Below, piece by piece: positions 43,037 to 48,214 of a stretch of DNA of 48,214 nucleotides. The notes under the pieces are model-generated. The model was not told where the DNA came from. It worked only from the letters and a program-made list of their open reading frames with translations, and did not search any database. Source of the stretch: Raillietiella orientalis (taxonomy: Eukaryota); the NCBI GenBank assembly GCA_036172245.1, contig JAYWIR010000167.1:1-48214 (forward strand), written 5' to 3'. The translations under genes and the position numbers were made by a program. Within the stretch, counting starts at the first letter, position 1. The number at the start of each line of letters is the position of its first letter.

Positions 43037-45482
43037 GACCGTCGCTGATGCTTGAGACGGGAGATGTTCCCGCTTCTTTCCGCTCAGCAAAGGTGCGGCT
43101 CCTGCCGAAAGGCGGTGATTTGCGCCACCTCAGCAACTGGCGTCCGATCACATTGGTGAATTCGGACGTCAAGTTGTTCTCCAGGCTATGGGTCGCGCGC
43201 CTGGGGAGAATCGCAGAGTCCTTGGTAAGTCCGGAGCAGACGTATGCTGTTCCGGGGCGGTCCATGGACGCGAATCTCTTCTTCGCGCGAACATGGTTTG
43301 AGTAGCAGCAGTGCGTGGCGCAGCAGAGCCAGGCAGCCGAAATCGCCGCTGCCAAAGGCAAGCGGTTGTGTTCAAGGCACGATGGAACGCCGGGAGCCTT
43401 AGCGGTCGCCGTAGATCTCTGCAAAGCGTTCGACAGCGTACACCAGGACCTCCTTCTGGAGCTTCTGGGGCGCCTAGGCCTCCCGACGCACCTCATCGCC
43501 TACTTTCGCTTCTGCTGGTGCCAAGCGTTATGCTGTATCTGTTTCAGCGGGCGCCACGTGTCTGGCATACCCATACGGCGGGGAACTAGGCAGGGAGGCA
43601 GCTTAAGCCCCCTGCTCTTCAGCATCTTCTTTGAGTTGGTGCTGAGGGCGTACAGGCTGACGTCGGCCAACCTGCCGAGCTCCTGCCCGGGAACACGAGC
43701 CGTGGCCGCGTATGCTGACGGCCTTCTCCTGCTTCTGCCCATGTCCACCGCGGCGTCCAGGTTCGAGGACTTCTTCGAGCTCATTCGTCGGGGAGCGGGT
43801 CTGAGCGTCAACAGGACGAAATCAACCGTTGTACCGGTTGGCTCTACGAGAGAGGGGCAGTCCGACTAAATCCGCCTGGGGATCCCCACGGGCAGGTGCT
43901 GGAAGTACCTCGGCGTTCCCTTGGGCGCCTTCTGTCCAGCAGAAGCGTGGTCGGACTGCCTTCACGACGTCGAGACTACTCTGGGCCCGTTCGAAGGCGG
44001 CAGGTTTCTCCTGTCGGAATGGGTCTTCGTGTGGAACATTTTCTTTGCCCCTTTTCTTCCGTTCCCTCTTTTTTGTTTGTCCCCCTCCCTACTCGGCTAA
44101 GCGCCGGGCGCAACGCTTGTTGCGTAACGCTCTGTGGGGACCGGCGAGGTCCAGGATACGCCTGAAGGACTTGGCGGCTCCTCGGCGGGATGCAGGATCG
44201 GGCATCCTGACGCTGAAGCCGATCGAACTGCTAGTGCAGTTCCGCATGCTGGCACTTTGTGCGAAGCTCTGGACTACTCCCTGGTGTGCTCGAGCGCGGC
44301 TGCTGCTGCGGCGCAGCACGGGTGGCGACGGACTACCTTCGTTGCATCTGCGCACGGAGCGCGCCCAGAGAGGATTCGGCTTCCCTTTGAAGCAGCTCGC
44401 CACGCTTCTGGGAAAGCATGAGTGGATCTCCTGCCGGCCGACGAACTTCAACGCCTGAAGGCAGGAAGCCTTATCGTCCTGGGCAGCGCAACAGGATGTG
44501 TCCAGTTTGGAACTCCGTTTCGTGAAACTTTCCCCATACTGTCCAGTGGGGGAGGTGCTGGAAGACCAGGACCAGTGGACACTCCTATTCGCTACGGCAC
44601 TCGCCGCAGCACTGTGTGCACTGATGGTGCGAGATGACAGTGACCTGCCGGCGAGGTGAGAGATCACTAGCGAAATCGCAGGCGAAACCCGACTGCTGGG
44701 CGGCTGGCGGACTTGCGAAGTGGCAGACGCTGCCACAGCTCGCATTCTTGCTAAGGGGCTTCTCCGGTGGAGTGAGCTCCTCGGGGTGCCCACCGATGAA
44801 CTTGTGGTCCCTTCTGCGTGTTTGGACGCGACTCTCTTCCCCCTTCGGTGGAAGAAGGACGCTTTTCTGCTGGTGCATTTGGGTTTGTACTGCAACCAGC
44901 GGGCGCACCTGATTTCCGTGGGAGTTGCCCCTGTGCCAAATGCGGAGCGGTGGAATCGCTTCCGCATTTGCTGTTTGAGTGCGGTGATCTCCAGGAGCTG
45001 TGGCAGCGGCCGTCTTTAGCGCTCCTGCACCCCGGACACACCGCACTCGATTGGATGCGCTGCTTCTACACGCGAGGCGGTCTTTCTCTTGGAGAGGTCG
45101 TCGCAATCATCTGCTGCGTCCGCGTCATTGTCAGGGCCCGCCACGTATTGCAGATGCGAGGAGTCCCAACATCGGTCCCCGACACCGCAGCTTGCAACCT
45201 GCAAATGGCTGCCGGGTGGCCACACCTGAGAGCAGAAGTGAGGACGGGGATCGGCGGCATTGATCGCCGGTTCTGAGAACAGGAACGCTTAGACTGTATA
45301 CCCCTATCCCCGCCTTCCCTCCCAATTTATTTATTTATTGTCCCACCCTCTCCCGTTCCGAACTCTAAGTGCGCCTGGACTGCGTTTGGGGAAATCTACT
45401 CCCCATTTTCTGTTCCCCTTGCCTGGGAACACAGTTGCCAGTTGATATTATTAATAAACTTCCCAACGCATCTAGGTAATAA
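43037..45482 (+). mobile_element. 5'-truncated LINE F (RT to C-terminus pseudogene ending 45276, 3' UTR, decayed terminal hairpin)
   Basis: LLPKGGDLRHLSNWRPITLVNSD, DLCKAFD, YADG, CAKC..HLLFEC. AATAAA 45453-45458 is followed by CTTCCCAACGCATCTAGGTAATAA, alignable to the B1 end CGCCCCGGCGTGACCGGGTGATAA. Confidence 0.88.
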
Positions 45483-48214
45483 ACGACAACGCTGCATTCT
45501 TTTATATTCTTGCTTGCCTGCTGTTTTTTCTGGCGGTACGCGAGCTTTTTCTCTATTCTCCTCTCCTTCTTTTATTTTTCTTCTCCGATTTTTGACCTCT
45601 CCTTCAAGACAAGGAAAGTTTACTGCTTCTGATTCAATACCTTGGTCTTAGCGATAACGTTGTAACTGATTTCAAGCAGCATTGGGTGGTGAGAGTGTTT
45701 TGGCAAGCTTACGAATTTTGCCGAAAGAGCTTTACTTTAGAAGAACGACAGATACAACTCGTGCTTGCCATTGTGAATTTAATTCTAATAGGAATAACAG
45801 GTTTTTAAATTGGTCCCATTAATTTTGAAAAAGTTTTGTTCAAGAGTGCTCGGTTTGTTAGGAAACCAAATCACCGAAAGAAACCGACCGACTAATTTTG
45901 GAAAGTTTGAATGCTCAAAGATGTTTGGCTTCCATGAAAGAAGCTTGCAGTTGAGATGGAAGCTTAGTACATAGCGTTTTGTCTACGTTAGCGTACTCGG
46001 TTTGCAACGAGCTGAAACCCGAGCTTCTACTTGGACTCATTATGCAGATTGCATCTAAAGAATGGCATACAAGTTGTCAACGGCAGCATTGCTAATTTGG
46101 ATTAATTTTGCATGGTACATTCTTTCAAAGTGCTTGCGTGCAGATGCTGTACGGCGAAGAAATCTCTTCAGAGATTTTCGGTCCAATATGAATGCAGTAG
46201 ATTTTGCGACGAAAAAAAATCGAATATAAGCAAAGGGACAAATAGATCGTGATTGCTTTTCCCCTGCATTTTGATTTACCTTTTATTTTAAGTATGATGC
46301 ATAGCATTTTGGGCATGCTTGGAGGAATTCGCGAGCCCTTACGTTTAAATATTTCCATCCCCCCATGCTTTCCGTTTTTTATAAGCACGGATTTCAAGAA
46401 AATGCTTTCCTTGTGCTCCTGATGAAAAATTAAAGCAGGAAAAGGAGGAGAAAAAACGTCCTTTTTAATTGGGTCCCGACAAGTGCTCCCACAAAGAAAG
46501 TAGACAAAAGATCTCAATGTGGATATAGATTCCGGGAATAATTCAGTAGAGAGCAGGATGTTTTCTAGGTTTATAAAATGAAAAAAAACCTACCAAAGCA
46601 AAACTCCAATGCTGACAGCTCCTTTGAAGGATCTCAACCTTTGTCAAAACATTATCTCGAAATGGCGCCACTCTGAAAAGGCAGAAGAGCTAAGAAATCG
46701 TGCCAACTTTGCATAATCATTTAAATAAGAGATCGCATCGCTGTGGCCGTCTTCTGCTTGGATGAGAAATTAGAGGAGAAGCAAGGGTCGGTAAAGGAAG
46801 AGATGAAAGTTACCAAACTAAAATCGCGAAAGAACATGACAAAGATCCAGTTGACAAGACAAAAAACGTTGACTGCACCATCAGATTATCTTCGACAATT
46901 TTCGGGAAGAAGAATTTTTTTTTTTTTTTTTCTAAAAAAAAGGTAAACGACACGTGTAAAGCACGAGTCACCAAAATGAATCTCATGTTCTTTGCGAGTT
47001 TAGTCCGTCCACGTTCACTCACTGCCAGCAAACAGAAAATGGGAGACGCATAAGAAAACAATTTGAAACAGAATGACTGTTGGCAATGAAGTTGAACTAT
47101 GATATATGCGTTTCAGAATCAGTCAGTAATTTTAGAAATCACTGAGGAAGGATTGTACATGGAAGCTATATATTTGTTTGTACATTGGTATGTACTGCAT
47201 ATTGCATTGTATATGTATAAGGAAGCAAGGTATAGAGTTTGTTGAGTTGCGGGGAGCTAGTGGAAGGTAAGTTTGCTCCATCAGTTGGATAATTTTTGAA
47301 TTTCATGCGTGCAACGGACTAGATTAACAAAGTTGTGCATATTAAAATCCACTATATTGGTGGCCATGTTTGTCTGCAGAAACGAAAAACCACGTCGTTC
47401 AAGCTAAAAGTTGCATTCTGTGAGTCACTAGCAGATGTAAAGAGAACATCGCAAAAAAAAAAAAAAAAAAAAAAAACAAGAAGAAAATGCAAGTTGCAAA
47501 ATCACTTTTGTAAGATTACATTCCATGGCAGCTGAGGGATACAATCCGTTCTTATGATGCGCCTTGCCTTTGGACGCTCTGAGCGCTCGGAAGCACGGAT
47601 GCAGTCAGGGTTTTGTCAGTTTGTTTGGCATAATCTCTTGGAAGCTGTGTGGTATATTTGGATGCTCCGCACATGGAGTGAGTCCCGGTTGCACGAGAGA
47701 GCTGACTCCAGGCAACAGCTGCCATCAAGCTTCAACAAGGGATGAAAAATTGATTCATCTCGCTCCACACACAATTAACGGTTTCCTCCACATCGGCATG
47801 TGCGACCGTTTGAAAGACGGAATGATTCTCAACACAGTGTGCGCAACGATTTGTGCGATCTAAAAACGTCGGCGTCCTGCACGTTCCGTGTTTCTGCGGC
47901 TGCCGTCAATTATTTCAATTCTATCGAAGTGAACATGCGTGCACGCCCTGCCGCGCAGCCCTGCACAGCGATCACCTGCGGAAGAACCACCCAGGTGCAC
48001 CCGCCCGCCCTGCGCCTGCCCGCAGTGTCCTTACGACGTGATGGTCAGTGCGAGATGTTGGGGGCATTTCAGACGAATCACGCGAGCTCTGAAAATCGCG
48101 CTCGCGTGACAACCGTTTGGTTCGACTTCCAGCTGACTGCGATGAGTTGCGGAAAATTGCTTTTCACCACGCGGCTCTTGTCACGCGCAACGTCATTTTT
48201 TTTTTTTGTGCGAT
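45483..48214. other. AT-rich, apparently non-LINE flanking DNA with long A/T homopolymers; no supportable gene
   Basis: Abrupt GC drop after the F terminus; only short ORFs without recognisable motifs; T run ~46915-46931, A run ~47453-47477. Confidence 0.6.

Noticed and set aside
1..45482. HeT-A/TART-style telomeric array
   Set aside because: Elements lie in both orientations and are nested, and no telomeric repeats are visible. It cannot be supported from this window, though chromosome position should be checked.
45482..45493. ACGACAACGCTG versus GCGACCGTCGCTG (43035-43047) as a TSD of F
   Set aside because: Needs mismatches and a gap, and the left copy overlaps F's own coding homology.
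47453..47477. Long A run as a retrotransposon poly(A) tail
   Set aside because: About 2 kb from the last LINE, with no adjacent element homology or TSD that I could identify.
46125..47863. Short ORFs in the AT-rich flank (46125-46517, 46743-46946, 47564-47863)
   Set aside because: No recognisable domains or convincing exon structure; spliced host exons cannot be excluded without RNA-seq.

Overview
Eukaryotic DNA; the host cannot be identified from sequence alone. Bases 1-~45482 are an uninterrupted nest of L1/Tx1-like non-LTR retrotransposons (LINEs): about 11 copies or fragments from two lineages. Each has a CCHC zinc-knuckle ORF1 and an ORF2 with APE endonuclease, reverse transcriptase and a C-terminal CCHC finger. 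Family A (my label) has three + strand copies: A1 1-~4489, A2 4500-~10055 and A3 35831-41554. A second lineage has several subfamilies: D- 10056-11418 (-), D+ 11421-15073 (+), B2 15075-18792 (-), B1 18802-24708 (-), C2 24709-27144 (-), C1 27163-~31790 (-), E ~31790-35830 plus 41555-43036 (-), and F 43037-45482 (+). B1 is the only full-length intact copy. No copy has a poly(A) tail; every preserved 3' end is AATAAA followed by a short GC-rich hairpin. Elements insert into each other. Two tandem pairs share one target-site duplication, and two head-to-head fusions start exactly at a neighbour's 5' terminus. After ~45482 the sequence changes abruptly to AT-rich, apparently unique DNA in which I cannot support a gene call.
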